This document shows, one piece after another, positions 39,010-50,443 of a stretch of DNA of 64,000 bases. Positions within the stretch are counted from its first letter, which is position 1. Each line of letters starts with the position of its first letter. Source of the stretch: Gammaproteobacteria bacterium (GTDB taxonomy: Bacteria; Pseudomonadota; Gammaproteobacteria; Eutrophobiales; Eutrophobiaceae); contig CAXMWX010000001.1 in NCBI GenBank assembly GCA_963422205.2, forward strand, positions 288,001-352,000. Direction: 5' to 3'. Made by a program: the position numbers and the translations under genes. Below the pieces are notes generated by a model. The model did not search any database. It worked only from the letters and a program-made list of their open reading frames with translations, and had not been told where the DNA came from.

Positions 39010-40047
39010 CTAGTCCTTATATACATGCTGTTTGCCGGCATAGTCCTTGAGCAGATAATGGGTATTGTCGCGGTGTGTTGTTACATAGTCAGGGCCTATC
39101 GGGATTTTCCCATAACCGCCCGGTATTTCCAGGACGTATGTCGGTAAACACAGGCCGGAGATGTTTTTGCGAAGCTCGGCCATTAGTTGTTGACCTTTTT
39201 TGATGCTGACACGAAAGTGGCCTGTGCCTCTGGCGCGATCCGGATGGTGCAGGTAATACGGTTTAATCCTGGCGGCGGCGAGGCGATAGAACAGCGCCGT
39301 CAACGTGGCGACATCGTCATTCACCCCCCGCAACAACACCGACTGGCTCAGCAGCGGTATGCCGTGATCAATAAATTGACTGCATGCCTTGATAGCGGCT
39401 GGCGTGAGTTCCCTGGCGTGGTTGCAATGCAGGACAACGTACACCGGCCTGGTTGTCTTGAGGGAGTGAATCAGCTTATCGGTGATACGTTTGCTGTCAA
39501 CGATGGGGATGCGGGTATGTATTCTGATCATGATCAGGTGGTCAAGCCGGGCAAGTGCCGTCAGGATCCCTGCCAGCCTGTCAGCCGATAACATCAGCGG
39601 GTCGCCGCCGCTTAGGATCACCTCACGTATCTCTTTATGATCCGAGATATAGGCGATGGCCTTATCCAGTGTATCTTGTCGAGTTTGGCTGGCGGCCGGC
39701 CCAATCATGTCTTTTCTGAAACAGAAGCGGCAGTACACCGCACACATTGAGGTCACTTTTAGCAATACCCGGTCAGCATGGCGGTGTATCAGGCCCGGCA
39801 CCGGGCTGTGTGGCAGATCACCGGTGGGGTCATGCCGCTCATCTGCTGTGGTGTTGAGTTCGTTTATCGTTGGCAAAAACTGTTTACTGACAGGCCCCTC
39901 GCCTTGTTCTGCCTGGATCAACGCGGCCATTTGTGGCGTGATGGCGAGCGCCGTATTCGCCACCACACGGGAGAGGGCGGGGCTGGCTTCTGTGCGAATT
40001 AAACCAGCGGCTTTTAGGGCAGGCAGCGAATTGAGTTGCTCTGGCAT
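39010..40047 (-). CDS. Lysine 2,3-aminomutase-like radical SAM protein (KamA/EpmB family)
   Basis: Motifs CAVYCRFCFRK, ILSGGDPL, QSVLLRGVND and PGGYGK. Confidence 0.9.
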   Translation of the reverse strand: MPEQLNSLPALKAAGLIRTEASPALSRVVANTALAITPQMAALIQAEQGEGPVSKQFLPTINELNTTADERHDPTGDLPHSPVPGLIHRHADRVLLKVTSMCAVYCRFCFRKDMIGPAASQTRQDTLDKAIAYISDHKEIREVILSGGDPLMLSADRLAGILTALARLDHLIMIRIHTRIPIVDSKRITDKLIHSLKTTRPVYVVLHCNHARELTPAAIKACSQFIDHGIPLLSQSVLLRGVNDDVATLTALFYRLAAARIKPYYLHHPDRARGTGHFRVSIKKGQQLMAELRKNISGLCLPTYVLEIPGGYGKIPIGPDYVTTHRDNTHYLLKDYAGKQHVYKD

Positions 40048-40055
40048 CTTGCAGA

Positions 40056-40859
40056 CTAAAGCAATGCCTCGGCCAGCAGCTGATGCACCTGCTCCGGGTT
40101 TTCGCTTAACATCATGTGGCCGGTGTGCTTGAGCAGGCAGCTTTGGCTGTGTGCCAGCCGGGTGAGTAAGTCGGTGGTGGCTTTAGCTGGCGTCATGTTA
40201 TCTTCCGCACCACTTACCAGGTAGACTTTATGTGTGATGTTGGCAGCCATCCCGATAGCGCCGGTATAGTCGTTGCAGGCATTCAGATCGGTATATAAAG
40301 TATGCGGCAAACCACGCTCAAGTAAACACCGGTTGCTGTTGAGAATATTGATTCCGGCCACCGGGTTGCCGCCCAGTTGCGAGCCATAGGCATGACCGGC
40401 CAACATGATCATATCCACCGCCGCCGGTTGCTTGTCCCGTGCCGCCTGGAGTAAAGAATCACCTACCGTCATCGGCGCTGCTGTGCCCAGCAGCACGGTC
40501 GTACTGACGCGGTTGCTGTCACTGCCCTGATGACGCCCGGCGGTCTCCAGGGCGATCAATGAACCCATGCTGTGTCCCACCAGCTTGATATCGTGCAGTT
40601 CCAGGGCATGGATGAGTTGTATCAACCAGTCTGCCATTGCCTCTATGCGCTTGAGCGGTTGGCCGGATGAACGCCCGTGTCCCGGCAGGTCAATGGCCAG
40701 CGAATTGAGACCATTGCGGGCAAAGAAACGGTTAAATAACACCCACACCGTGTGATCAAGCCCGGCCCCGTGGATGAAGATCACCGTGGGTTTGTTGTGA
40801 TCGATCGGTATGCCGACATCGGCCACATAAACGGCTTCGTTCAATAAGGTGAGCAGCAC
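40056..40859 (-). CDS. Alpha/beta hydrolase
   Basis: Motifs FIHGAG, DLPGHGRS, GHSMG and GH..LSE.P. Coupled to the upstream PLP enzyme. Confidence 0.88.
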   Translation of the reverse strand: MLLTLLNEAVYVADVGIPIDHNKPTVIFIHGAGLDHTVWVLFNRFFARNGLNSLAIDLPGHGRSSGQPLKRIEAMADWLIQLIHALELHDIKLVGHSMGSLIALETAGRHQGSDSNRVSTTVLLGTAAPMTVGDSLLQAARDKQPAAVDMIMLAGHAYGSQLGGNPVAGINILNSNRCLLERGLPHTLYTDLNACNDYTGAIGMAANITHKVYLVSGAEDNMTPAKATTDLLTRLAHSQSCLLKHTGHMMLSENPEQVHQLLAEALL

Positions 40860-40861
40860 CC

Positions 40862-42178
40862 TCAGCCCCCTGATGGATGCGATTGATACTGCTGCGATTT
40901 ATACAGCGCCCTGCTCAAGTCGGCGATCAGGTCATCCGGGTCTTCGATGCCCACAGAAAGCCGCACCAGTCCTGCCGTGATGCCTGCTTCTGCCAATGCA
41001 GCGGCATCCATCCGGCCATGGGTGGTTGATGCGGGATGGATAACCAGTGATTTGGCATCCCCCACATTGGCCAGGTGTGAGAACAGGCGCAGCGACTCAA
41101 TAAATTGTTTGCCCGCCCTGCGCCCGCCTTTCAATTCAAAACTGAACACCGCCCCACACCCCGAGGGCAGCAGCCGTTCTGCCAGGGTATGATCGTGATG
41201 GGTGCTGAGTTCAGGATAGGTGACATAGTCAACGGCCTCATGCTGCGCCAGGAATTTGACGATTGTGCGGGTGTTGCTGATATGTTTTGTCATTCTGACT
41301 GTGAGCGTCTCCACGCCCTGCAAGATATAAAACGCATTGGCCGGGCTCATCGCCGCACCAAAGTCTCTCAGCCCTTCCCGCCGTGCCCGGATCAGAAAAG
41401 CCGCCGGCCCGAAGTCTTCACTGAAATCAATCTGATCAAAACCGGCATAAGGTGCAGTCAGGGTGGTCAACTTGCCCGAGCTCTCCCAGTCAAAGCGACC
41501 GGAGTCAACCACGATACCGCCGATTGCCACGCCATGCCCGCCGATAAATTTGGTCAGGGAATGGATAACGATATCCGCCCCGTGTTCAAACGGTCGCAAT
41601 AAACACGGCGGTGTCAGTGTGGAGTCCAGCATCAGTGGCAGCTGATGGTGATGGGCGATATCGGCAATCACCGGGATGTTTAACACCTCACAGCCGGGGT
41701 TGGCGATCGTCTCGGCAAAGATCAGCCGGGTGGCGGGCGTGATGGCTTTTGCAAATGCCTCGGGCCGTTGTGGGTCAACAAATGTCGTCTCGATGCCGAA
41801 GCGGGGCAGGGTATAACTCAGCAGATTATGTGTGCCACCATACAAGGCCCGTGAGGCAACGATATGACTGCCTGCCCCCGACAGCGTCGTAATGGCCAGA
41901 TGAATGGCCGCCATGCCGCTGGCCGTTGCAACCGCACCGACGCCTCCCTCCAGGGCGGCGATGCGCTCCTCCAGCACAGCCACAGTCGGATTGGAAATGC
42001 GGGAATAGACATGGCCGGAGCGGCCGAGATCAAACAACGAGGCGGCCTGCCCGGTGTCCTGAAAGACAAACGATGTGGTCTGGTATATCGGCATCGCCCT
42101 GGCACCGGTGGTGCTGTCCGGTTTCTGACCACCATGCAGGCTAAGCGTATCAAAGCCGGGGTAGTTGAGTTTTGCCAT
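40862..42178 (-). CDS. O-acetylhomoserine aminocarboxypropyltransferase-like PLP enzyme (MetY family)
   Basis: Motifs PIYQTTSFVF, YSRISNPT, HSLTKFIGGHG and LANVGDAKSLVIHPASTTH. Confidence 0.92.
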   Translation of the reverse strand: MAKLNYPGFDTLSLHGGQKPDSTTGARAMPIYQTTSFVFQDTGQAASLFDLGRSGHVYSRISNPTVAVLEERIAALEGGVGAVATASGMAAIHLAITTLSGAGSHIVASRALYGGTHNLLSYTLPRFGIETTFVDPQRPEAFAKAITPATRLIFAETIANPGCEVLNIPVIADIAHHHQLPLMLDSTLTPPCLLRPFEHGADIVIHSLTKFIGGHGVAIGGIVVDSGRFDWESSGKLTTLTAPYAGFDQIDFSEDFGPAAFLIRARREGLRDFGAAMSPANAFYILQGVETLTVRMTKHISNTRTIVKFLAQHEAVDYVTYPELSTHHDHTLAERLLPSGCGAVFSFELKGGRRAGKQFIESLRLFSHLANVGDAKSLVIHPASTTHGRMDAAALAEAGITAGLVRLSVGIEDPDDLIADLSRALYKSQQYQSHPSGG

Positions 42179-42321
42179 GATGATCGCACATTAAGATGAG
42201 AAAGCCCCTGATTATATCGCAAAGCGAGATATAAGGCTCACACTCCCCCGGCAGGATGATGGCTGCAATACTCGCCCCCGGATGACGTATAATGCCATGT
42301 TTCTTAACCAGGCGGGTCAAC

Positions 42322-43342
42322 ATGAGAGAGGCCGATCTCAGTCTATTTGAAATTGCAGTCAACTGGCTGCAACAGGGCAGTGCGCTGGCTGTTGCGACGG
42401 TGATAAAGACCTGGGGCTCCTCGCCTTGCCCGGCGGGCTCCATGTTGTTAGTGGACAGCAAGGGTAATTTCCAAGGCTCGGTTTCCGGCGGCTGTGTTGA
42501 ATCTGCCGTGATCGCCACCGCCCTTGATTGCATTGCCGAAAACAAGACAGAGCGCCTGCGCTTTGCGGTGAGCAATGATAGGGCCTGGGAGGTCGGGCTG
42601 GCCTGTGGCGGCGAGATGGATATCTGGGTTGAACCGGTCGGCGCCGAATCGGTCGGGCTGTCCCCGGCATTACTGCAACAGGCGGCGGCCGCCTGTCATG
42701 CCCAGCAATCACGGGTGCTGGTGAGGAATCTGTCCACCCATACCGCTACTCTTTATCAACCCGATTCCCTTGATGCAGCGGATGCGGATATCCAGGCGGC
42801 GGGCGCCCATTCTCTTGCCACGGATAACTGCCAGTTGCTGGAGAGACAGCGGCAGATGGTATTTATCCAGCCAGTGAATCCGGCCCTGCGTATGCTCATC
42901 ATCGGTGCTGTACACATTGCACAAAAACTGATCACCATTGCCAGCACCTGTGGTTATCATCTGGTCATTATCGATCCCCGCCAGTCGTTTGCCTCCGAAG
43001 AGCGTTTTCCTGATGTCCTGCTCCATACCGATTGGCCGGACAAGGCGCTGGAGACATTAAAACCGGATCACAGAACGGCGGTCATCACCTTAACGCATGA
43101 TCCCAAGCTGGATGAGCCGGCCCTGGCGATGGCCTTGCATTCCTCGGCATTTTATATCGGTGCCCTGGGCAAGCCAGAGGACCCATGCCGGCAGGATACA
43201 ACGCCTGGCCGGGCGGGGGGTAAGTGAGGGGCTGCTGGCAAAGATACACACCCCGGTGGGGCTGGACATCGGCGCCCGGTCGGCGGCGGAGATCGCCGTT
43301 GCCATCATGGCGGAGGTGACACAGGCGCTGCGCTGTGCATAA
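42322..43342 (+). CDS. xdhC: XdhC/CoxI-family molybdoenzyme accessory protein (apparent frameshift near 43171)
   Basis: Motifs TWGSSP, GSVSGGCVE, GLACGG, THDPKLD and YIGALG. An extra A shifts the C-terminal PVGLDIGA..AEIAVAIMAE into another frame. Confidence 0.85.
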
Positions 43343-43419
43343 GCGCACCGGTCATGAGTGATGGACTGCTGGCCCCGCCGATGTGCTGTCTGTTACATGC
43401 CCGGCTTATCTTTCAGGTC

Positions 43420-44595
43420 TTATCCTTCAGGGCGGGAGAAGGTCTGACAGATTTTTTCAATCTGCTCATCCGTGTGTGCGGCGCTGACACTGCATCGTAC
43501 CAGGGATTTACCGCCCGGTGTGGCTGGCGGGAAGATAAGATTGACGTAGATACCGTTTTCATACAGCCCCTGCCAGATCATCAGCGCCTGCCTCCCTTGA
43601 GTCCAGCAGGACAGCCACAACCGGGCCTGGCTCCGGCCCCACTTGATAGCCGGCAGATTGTAAATGGGCATACAGTTTCTCTCCATGTGCCCAGAGTCTC
43701 TCACGCCGGTCGGTGGCATTTTGCAGGATTTTCAAGGCGGTGCGTGTTGAGGCGATCACCGCCGGCGAAGGAGAGGCAGTAAATATAAAGGGCCGGCTGG
43801 CATAGCGCAGCAGGTTTACTGCCGCATGATTGCTGACACAATAGCCGCCGATACTGCCCAGGCTTTTACTGAAGGTGCCAACGATAAAATCGGTCTCATC
43901 AATCACACCGGCCGCCTCTACCAGCCCCCGGCCCCTGGCGCCCAGCACGCCCAGCGAGTGTGCCTCATCCACCATCAAGAGGCTGTTGTGCTGTTTTTTT
44001 ACCTCGATGATTTCCCGTATCGGCGCCCGATCCCCCAACATGCTGTAGATCCCCTCGATAATGATCAGGGTATTTCAGCGTGACTGCCAAGCCGCCCTAA
44101 GCGTTTGTCCAGGTCGTCCGGGTTGTTGTGACGAAAACGTATCACTTCCGCCCCGCTGAGTTTGCAGCCGTCATAGATGCTGGCATGGCTGTCAGCATCG
44201 ATCACAATCACATCGCCAGCCCCGGCTAGGCCGGAGATCATCGCCAGATTGGCCTGATAACCGGTGGTAAAGACGATCGCCTGTGTGCAGCCGTAGAAAT
44301 CCGCAAACTCCTTCTCCAGGGCAAGATGGCCGGCGAAGCTGCCGTTAGCCATGCGTGAGCCGGTTGTGCCGGTGCCTTGCTCATCCAGCGCCGCATGTGC
44401 GGCTGCCAGACAGTCAGCGTTGAAGGTGATGCCAAGGTAGTTGTTGGTGCCGGCCAGGATGGTTCGCCGGCCGTGAATCAGCGCTTCAGTGGGAGAGTAT
44501 ATCTCCTCTATGGGCGCACCGAAGGGATCAATGCTTTGTGATAGCAGCGCCGCCCTGTCTCTTCCCAGGGCGTGGAGTTTGTCAAGCAACGCCAT
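43420..44595 (-). CDS. spt: Serine palmitoyltransferase, split by apparent single-base errors
   Basis: Motifs GTNNYLG, GTTGSRMANG, TTGYQANL, DSHASI, VDEAHS and GTFSKS. Shifts near 44072, 43590 and 43432 all fall in short homopolymers. Adjacent to an ACP gene. Confidence 0.88.
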
Positions 44596-44618
44596 GGCCG
44601 GCTTATCGCCCAGCCTCT

Positions 44619-44879
44619 TCAGCCCTCTTCCCGGGCCGTGATGAGTTCATGAATTTTTTCGCTCAAGTCTTTTATCGTGTGGACATCGGCGAGTACATTC
44701 ATCGGTATGGAGATATTGAATTCATCTTCAATGTCCATCAGCAGGTCCAGCACTTTCAGCGAATCCAGCCCTAGCCCATTGACGATATCGGTGTCATCCT
44801 GCAAGACGGCGTCGCTGTTGGCGATTGTCGCTAACTGCTGTTTTATCTGTTCGTCTATTTGTTGATAAGAAATACTCAT
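44619..44879 (-). CDS. Acyl carrier protein (sphingolipid-associated)
   Basis: LGLDSL phosphopantetheine motif, IEDEFNISIP, acidic, 86 aa. Confidence 0.92.
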   Translation of the reverse strand: MSISYQQIDEQIKQQLATIANSDAVLQDDTDIVNGLGLDSLKVLDLLMDIEDEFNISIPMNVLADVHTIKDLSEKIHELITAREEG

Positions 44880-45796
44880 ATTAATGTCTGGCTGGTTGCC
44901 GCATCAATCGCATCGGGCAATTTAATGCGGGGCCCTCCAGCCCAGTTGCTCTGTCAGTGGGTTATTATTGCATACCCAGTCAGGATGCGTTATTTCATTT
45001 ATTTTTCCCGGTGTGAGCATGGCCGGATAGCCAGCAGACGGGCACAGTATAAATTAACTTCAGCCAGGGTGTGCAGCAATCGCAACGGGATTGGAATTTT
45101 CCTTATCTTGCGCTGCCAGACCTGCTCACCGGTGTGGATGAAGGCATCCCAGTCAAAGCCGTTTTCTGTGCCATCATCAAGCTCATAACAGCCTGAGAGG
45201 GTGGTATTTTTTAGCCATAACAACACAGCGGCGATAAGATCGTCAACATGCAGAATACCGATTCTGGATTTGACCCCCGCCGGGGTGAATAAAAATCCGC
45301 GCCGCATGGTTTTGAACATGGCCTGCATCTCCTTATCACCCGGGCCATACACGGCGGCCGGCCTGAAGATGGCCGGTGCGGGGGCCAGGCCAGCGTTTAC
45401 TATAGCCTGCTCTGCCCGATATTTGCTTTGTGCATACCAGGAACAGGTCGGTTGCCGTGCTGCCAGAGAGGATATAAACAGCAGGCGGGTGGGGTTGGCC
45501 TGGGATTTAATCGCCGCCAGCAGATGTTCGGTGCCGTGCAGATTGACATGCAGAAAATCATTCAGATGGTTACCGCGCACCACACCAGCGCAGTGGATGA
45601 CGGCATCACAGTGATGGCAGAGGTTTTGCAGACTGGCCGGGTCGTGGAGCTCGCCTGGCACCCAGTTAAGCTGCCCGGCATCCGCCCGCGGCTGGCGGGT
45701 CAGTGATTTGACCGAGATCCCGGCATGGCGCAGCGCCCTGGTGATGTGGCTACCGATGAAGCCTGTGCCACCAGTAAGCGCCACCTGCACCGGCAT
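44876..45796 (-). CDS. cerR: NAD-dependent epimerase/reductase, ceramide reductase-like (apparent C-terminal frameshifts)
   Basis: Motifs TGGTGFIG, SSLAAR, YAQSK and VYGPGD. The conserved tail MLTPGKINEITHPDWVC is in a shifted frame. Lies between the acyl ligase and ACP genes. Confidence 0.72.
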
Positions 45797-45809
45797 GGGC
45801 TACGCCAGG

Positions 45810-47574
45810 TCAGCATGCCCCTGTTGTCCGGTTACACCAGTCAACGCGCTTGATAAAGCCGGCACGGGCGGCAACGCGGGACAATTTACCCGAGGGATGT
45901 GCGCGGCAGCGTATGTTGTGGTACCAGATCGATCTGGCAGCGAATGCCGAAACCTGCATAAATCTGCTTTTGCAGGCGGTTTATGAGCGTTTGTCGTGCG
46001 CTCGCCTCGGCCAGACGACACTCCACCACCAGCACCACGGTCGGCTCGCCGGTATCATCGTCAATGCCAAATGCCGAAGCATTGCCCATGCGTACCTCCG
46101 GCTGTTGTTCGGCCAGCTCTTCCAAATCCTGGGCGCGTATATTACGCCCGTGCGTGATGATGATATCCTTGCGCCTGCCCGTCAGGTACAAATCGCCCTC
46201 AAACAGATAGCCGAGATCGCCCGTATCCAGCCAGCCATCGGCGCGCAGGCCCTCAGTGCCGGATTCAGTCTCGCCGAGATAGCCGCTCATCAGGCTGGGG
46301 CCTTTGATCAACACCCGGCCAACGCGCAAGTCCGGCTGGGCCTCATCGTTATCGTTGACAATTTTGATGTCGTGATCGGGAATGGCGCCGCCACAATTCA
46401 CGATCTCATTGATCTTCCGCTGCTCTGACTGTATGCGAACGGCGACCCCTCTCTCGGCCATCACCAGGGCATCGACTGACATGGTATTGAGGCCCCGGCC
46501 TAACTCGGAAAACGAGACGGCCAGGGAGGCTTCCGCCAGGCCATAACACGGCAGAAAGGCACGGGCGTTGAAACCCGTGCTGGCCATCGCCCGGGCAAAA
46601 TTATCCAGAATGGCTGGCCGGATCATCTCGGCACCGACGCCAGCGATACGCCAGCAGCAGAGGTCAATTTTTTCCAAATCTGCCTGGCGTATGCGGCGGG
46701 CGCATAACTCATAGCCAAAGGGCGGCGCAAAGGCGATGCTGCATCGATTGCGACTGATCAGCCGTAACCATTGCAGCGGCCTGACGGCGAAGTCACGGGT
46801 TCGCAGATAATCAACCGATAGCTGTGAGACAATCGGCCCTAAGACAAAGCCCACCAGCCCCATGTCATGGTAAAAAGGCAACCAGGAGGCACACCGGTCG
46901 CCACGCTCTACCGCCAGGCCGTGGCGCACAATGGCTCTCAGGTTACGCATGACGGCATTGTTGGTGATGATGACACCCTGGGGGGAGCGGGTGCTGCCTG
47001 AGGTGAACTGCAAATAGGCCGGCTCGCTGGCCGTGTTCGGTGTCAGCGGGGCTGCCTTCGATGGGGAGGCGGCAGAGGAGTCAGACACATCAATGAGATG
47101 TTCGGATGCGCCGACCCACAGTAAGTCATGGCTGCCTGCTGCGGCCTCCTTCAGGAACGCCAGATAGTCGCCGGGGGCGACAGCGGCTTTTGCCTCGCCT
47201 GTGGCAAGCAGCCCGCGCAGTTGCTGCACGTAGATACGGTGACTGCCAAGGTTGGCGGGGACGGGCATGGCAAATGGCACCAGACCCGCGTACTGGCAGG
47301 CAAAAAACAGGACGATAAAGTCCATGCCTGTCTCGGCGATGAGAGCGATGTGATCGCCACGCTGTAAACCCAGCTGGTTCAGCCGGGCGCCGGTTTGCAC
47401 GGCCAGCCCTCGCAACTCGCCATAGGGCAGGGCAGCGATCAACTCGCCACTGGCATCGTAGAAATTCGCACCTGTATCGCCAGTGGCGGCGTAATCCAGC
47501 GCCTCTGTCAAGGTCGCAAATTCAGCCAGGTTCTGTGCGATGCGGTTGTGAGTCTTCGTTACATCTCGATCCAC
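45810..47574 (-). CDS. Fatty acyl-AMP ligase / acyl-ACP synthetase (apparent frameshift near 45895)
   Basis: Motifs YLQFTSGSTR.P.G, SWLPFYHDMGLVG, YGLAEA and DTGDLG. RTSSGKLSR is restored by removing one C. Confidence 0.9.
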
Positions 47575-47817
47575 GGTCTGTCAACTCCTGACGGGGTGTT
47601 TTAACTGATTTATCAACATGCCCAATCAGGCGAGCACAGGCAGCATCCTGCCGGTTTTATCGGCAATGATCGGGCTAGTCATATAAATCGGGTTAGTTGT
47701 ATAAATTGTGTTTTCATTATTAAGCGGATGTTTACGTAGATCCGATGAGCAGTCTGTTGATACCAACACACAAGCGGTTGATGTTACACAACATTGCAAA
47801 AACATGCATCTTGATCT

Positions 47818-48291
47818 TTAATTCGCTGTCATGCTGGCAGGCCAAGCGTCTTTTAATTCGGCGGTGAGCCGGGCAAGAACAGCGGCGTTGGCAGCATGAT
47901 CAGCCAAGTTATCATACCCAAGGTCGGGCGTCCCCGGCCAACCACGATCAATAAATTCTGCACCAGCGAACTGCCGGGCTGCCGCATACCTTGGAATGAC
48001 ATGAAAATGCACATCCTTGTCGATCATCATCAGCATCAAATAGTTTACTTTATCGTAGGCAAATTTATTTTCCAGCACGGCTTCAATATCGCCTGTCACG
48101 GCAGCCAACTCGGTAAACGCTGCCCGGCTCAAGGCGGAGAGGGCCGTGGCTTTCTCAACCGCCGCCAGCACCAGCGAGCCTAAAGTCGCCTGTGCGGGTC
48201 TTAGCATCACCAGCCAGTGTACATAATGCCGAAGGATGGTGGCGGGTGCGCCAAACTTCAGCATCGTTTCATTATAATGCGCTGTCGACAT
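47818..48291 (-). CDS. HIT-family nucleotide hydrolase
   Basis: Motifs NYLMLMM.D and HFHVIPRY (variant triad). Confidence 0.85.
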   Translation of the reverse strand: MSTAHYNETMLKFGAPATILRHYVHWLVMLRPAQATLGSLVLAAVEKATALSALSRAAFTELAAVTGDIEAVLENKFAYDKVNYLMLMMIDKDVHFHVIPRYAAARQFAGAEFIDRGWPGTPDLGYDNLADHAANAAVLARLTAELKDAWPASMTAN

Positions 48292-48479
48292 CTTTATGAT
48301 TATTATGATAAAAAAGCCGGACTCTATCGCATCCCGGGCGGATCTTCCAATTTTTTCCAGTGCAGGGAATAGGCGACAGATTTCATATTGTGATTGTAAA
48401 AATACAACATGACTGCCGTATCGTGCGGCAGAACAGCATAAAATACATATAAATCATAGAGATAAAAACGACAGAATGC

Positions 48480-49619
48480 GTGGTGATGGCCGCCTTACAG
48501 ATTAAGCCGGTGAACAGCAATGCGGCGCTACGGCGCTTCATCAAGTTGCCCTGGCACATTTACGCCGACGATCCACACTGGGTACCGCCACTGTATCTTG
48601 AGCGTCGGCTGCATTTCTCCCGCCTGAATCCTTTTTTCCGGCATGGCCGCTGGGCCGCCTGGCTGGCTTGCCGTGGACAGGTGGTCGTGGGGCGGATCTG
48701 TGCACAGATTGATGAGCTGCATCGGCAGCACTACGGCCAGATGTCGGGGCATTTCGGCCTGCTGGAGGCAGTAGAGGATGCCGAGGTGTTTGCCGCCTTG
48801 CTGTATGCGGCCGAGAGCTGGCTGCTGGGGCAGGGAACCCGGCGGGTGACCGGGCCCTTCGGCCTGTCCATCAACCAGGAATCCGGCCTGCTGGTGCAGG
48901 GGTTCGATACGCCCCCGGTGGTGATGATGCCGCATGGCCGGCCCTGGTATGACGGCATGGTGCAACGGCTGGGTTATACCGTGGCACAAAACCTTCACGC
49001 CTACTGGGTGGATGTCTGTTTCGATAAGCCCCGGGCGATGCGGGCCCTGCTGAAGCGGTATGAGGGCCGGGTTCGCCTACGGGCGCTGAATCGTCGACAG
49101 TTCCGGCAGGAGTTGGCCATCATTCGTGATATTTTTAACGATGCTTGGTCGAATAACTGGGGGTTTGTGCCGATGACGGCGGCTGAAATCAACGAGTTGG
49201 GCACCAGTCTCAGGCTGTTTGTCCCCGATGGGTTTGTCCATATCGCCGAGGTGGATGAGCAGCCGGCCGCCTTTATCGTTGGCCTGCCCAATCTGCATGA
49301 GAGCGTTAAGAAGCTGAATGGCCGCTTGTTGCCGATGGGGATAGTGACCCTGATCGGCGATGTCAGCAGGCGGCGGATCAAGACCGGCCGGGTGCCCCTG
49401 ATGGGGGTGCGGCGGGCGTTGCAAAATACGCCGCTTGGCATGGCGCTGGCCTTTATGGTGATCAATGCCTTGCGGGAGCCGCTGCATGAGCACGGCATCG
49501 GCGAGGTGGAGATGTCCTGGATCCTGGAAGGTAACAGGGGTATGCGCCATATTCTCGATGCCATCGGCAGCCGACACTACAAGACCTATCGTGTGTATGA
49601 GAAACGGCTGGCGCCATGA
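48480..49619 (+). CDS. bcerS: Bacterial ceramide synthase-like GNAT-fold protein
   Basis: Motifs IYADDPHWVPPL, GPF.LSINQESGLLVQGF, IFNDAWSNNWGFVP, SWILE.N and YKTYRVY, plus sphingolipid cluster context. Confidence 0.8.
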   Translation: MVMAALQIKPVNSNAALRRFIKLPWHIYADDPHWVPPLYLERRLHFSRLNPFFRHGRWAAWLACRGQVVVGRICAQIDELHRQHYGQMSGHFGLLEAVEDAEVFAALLYAAESWLLGQGTRRVTGPFGLSINQESGLLVQGFDTPPVVMMPHGRPWYDGMVQRLGYTVAQNLHAYWVDVCFDKPRAMRALLKRYEGRVRLRALNRRQFRQELAIIRDIFNDAWSNNWGFVPMTAAEINELGTSLRLFVPDGFVHIAEVDEQPAAFIVGLPNLHESVKKLNGRLLPMGIVTLIGDVSRRRIKTGRVPLMGVRRALQNTPLGMALAFMVINALREPLHEHGIGEVEMSWILEGNRGMRHILDAIGSRHYKTYRVYEKRLAP

Positions 49620-50422
49620 TCTGTAAGGTGAGTCAGGGAGCTATCGCCGTGCTGGTGCTGGCGGGCGATCGTACGGCCAACGATCCCGTGCGGCTTGCCG
49701 CCAATGCGAGCTGCAAGGCATTGGTAAGCGTGGCAGGCCAGCCCATGTTGCTGCGGGTGCTGGAGGCCCTGGCGGTGCTGGATTCAGTAGAGCGCATCAC
49801 CCTGTGCGGGCCATCGAAGCGTGCGGTTGGTAAGTCACCAGCACTACAGCGCTGGCTACAACGGGGCGATGTTGTCCATCTTGAGGCCGAGGCGAGCTTG
49901 AGCGCCAGTGTGGCGGCTGGTCTTCGCCAGGGCCAGGCGCATGAGCGGCTGTTGCTGACCACGGCAGATAATGCCTTGCTGGATGCAGAAATCCTGGCGC
50001 ATTTTCTGCAATCCTGCGAGGCGAGTGAGGCTGATTTCTGTATCGGCATGGTGAAGTATGAGACCTTGAGGCAGCAGTACCCGGGGGTGAGGCGGACGGT
50101 CCTGAAATTCAGCGATACGGCGTATTGTGGCTGCAATCTTTACTTTATCAAGACCGCCGCTGGTCGGGGGGTGATTGATCACTGGCAGGCCACACAGCAG
50201 GACAGAAAAACGCCCTGGCGCATGGTGAGCAAATTAGGCGGTGTATCAATGCTGCTGCGTTATCTGCTGGGGCGTTTATCTGTGCCGGCGGCCTGTCATG
50301 CGCTGAGTGAGCGGACCGGCATAAAAATTATCCTCATTGATGTGCCGTTTGCCCGGGCCGGGATTGATGTGGATACCGCGGCTGATCATCGGCTGGTGGA
50401 GGAGATACTCCAGCACAGATAG
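49616..50422 (+). CDS. MobA-like nucleotidyltransferase family protein
   Basis: Motifs LVLAG, KAL..VAGQPML, TTADNAL, YCGCNLY and IDVD. ATGA-coupled to bcerS. Confidence 0.8.
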   Translation: MICKVSQGAIAVLVLAGDRTANDPVRLAANASCKALVSVAGQPMLLRVLEALAVLDSVERITLCGPSKRAVGKSPALQRWLQRGDVVHLEAEASLSASVAAGLRQGQAHERLLLTTADNALLDAEILAHFLQSCEASEADFCIGMVKYETLRQQYPGVRRTVLKFSDTAYCGCNLYFIKTAAGRGVIDHWQATQQDRKTPWRMVSKLGGVSMLLRYLLGRLSVPAACHALSERTGIKIILIDVPFARAGIDVDTAADHRLVEEILQHR

Positions 50423-50443
50423 CCGTCAGCCAGGAGCAAACAA

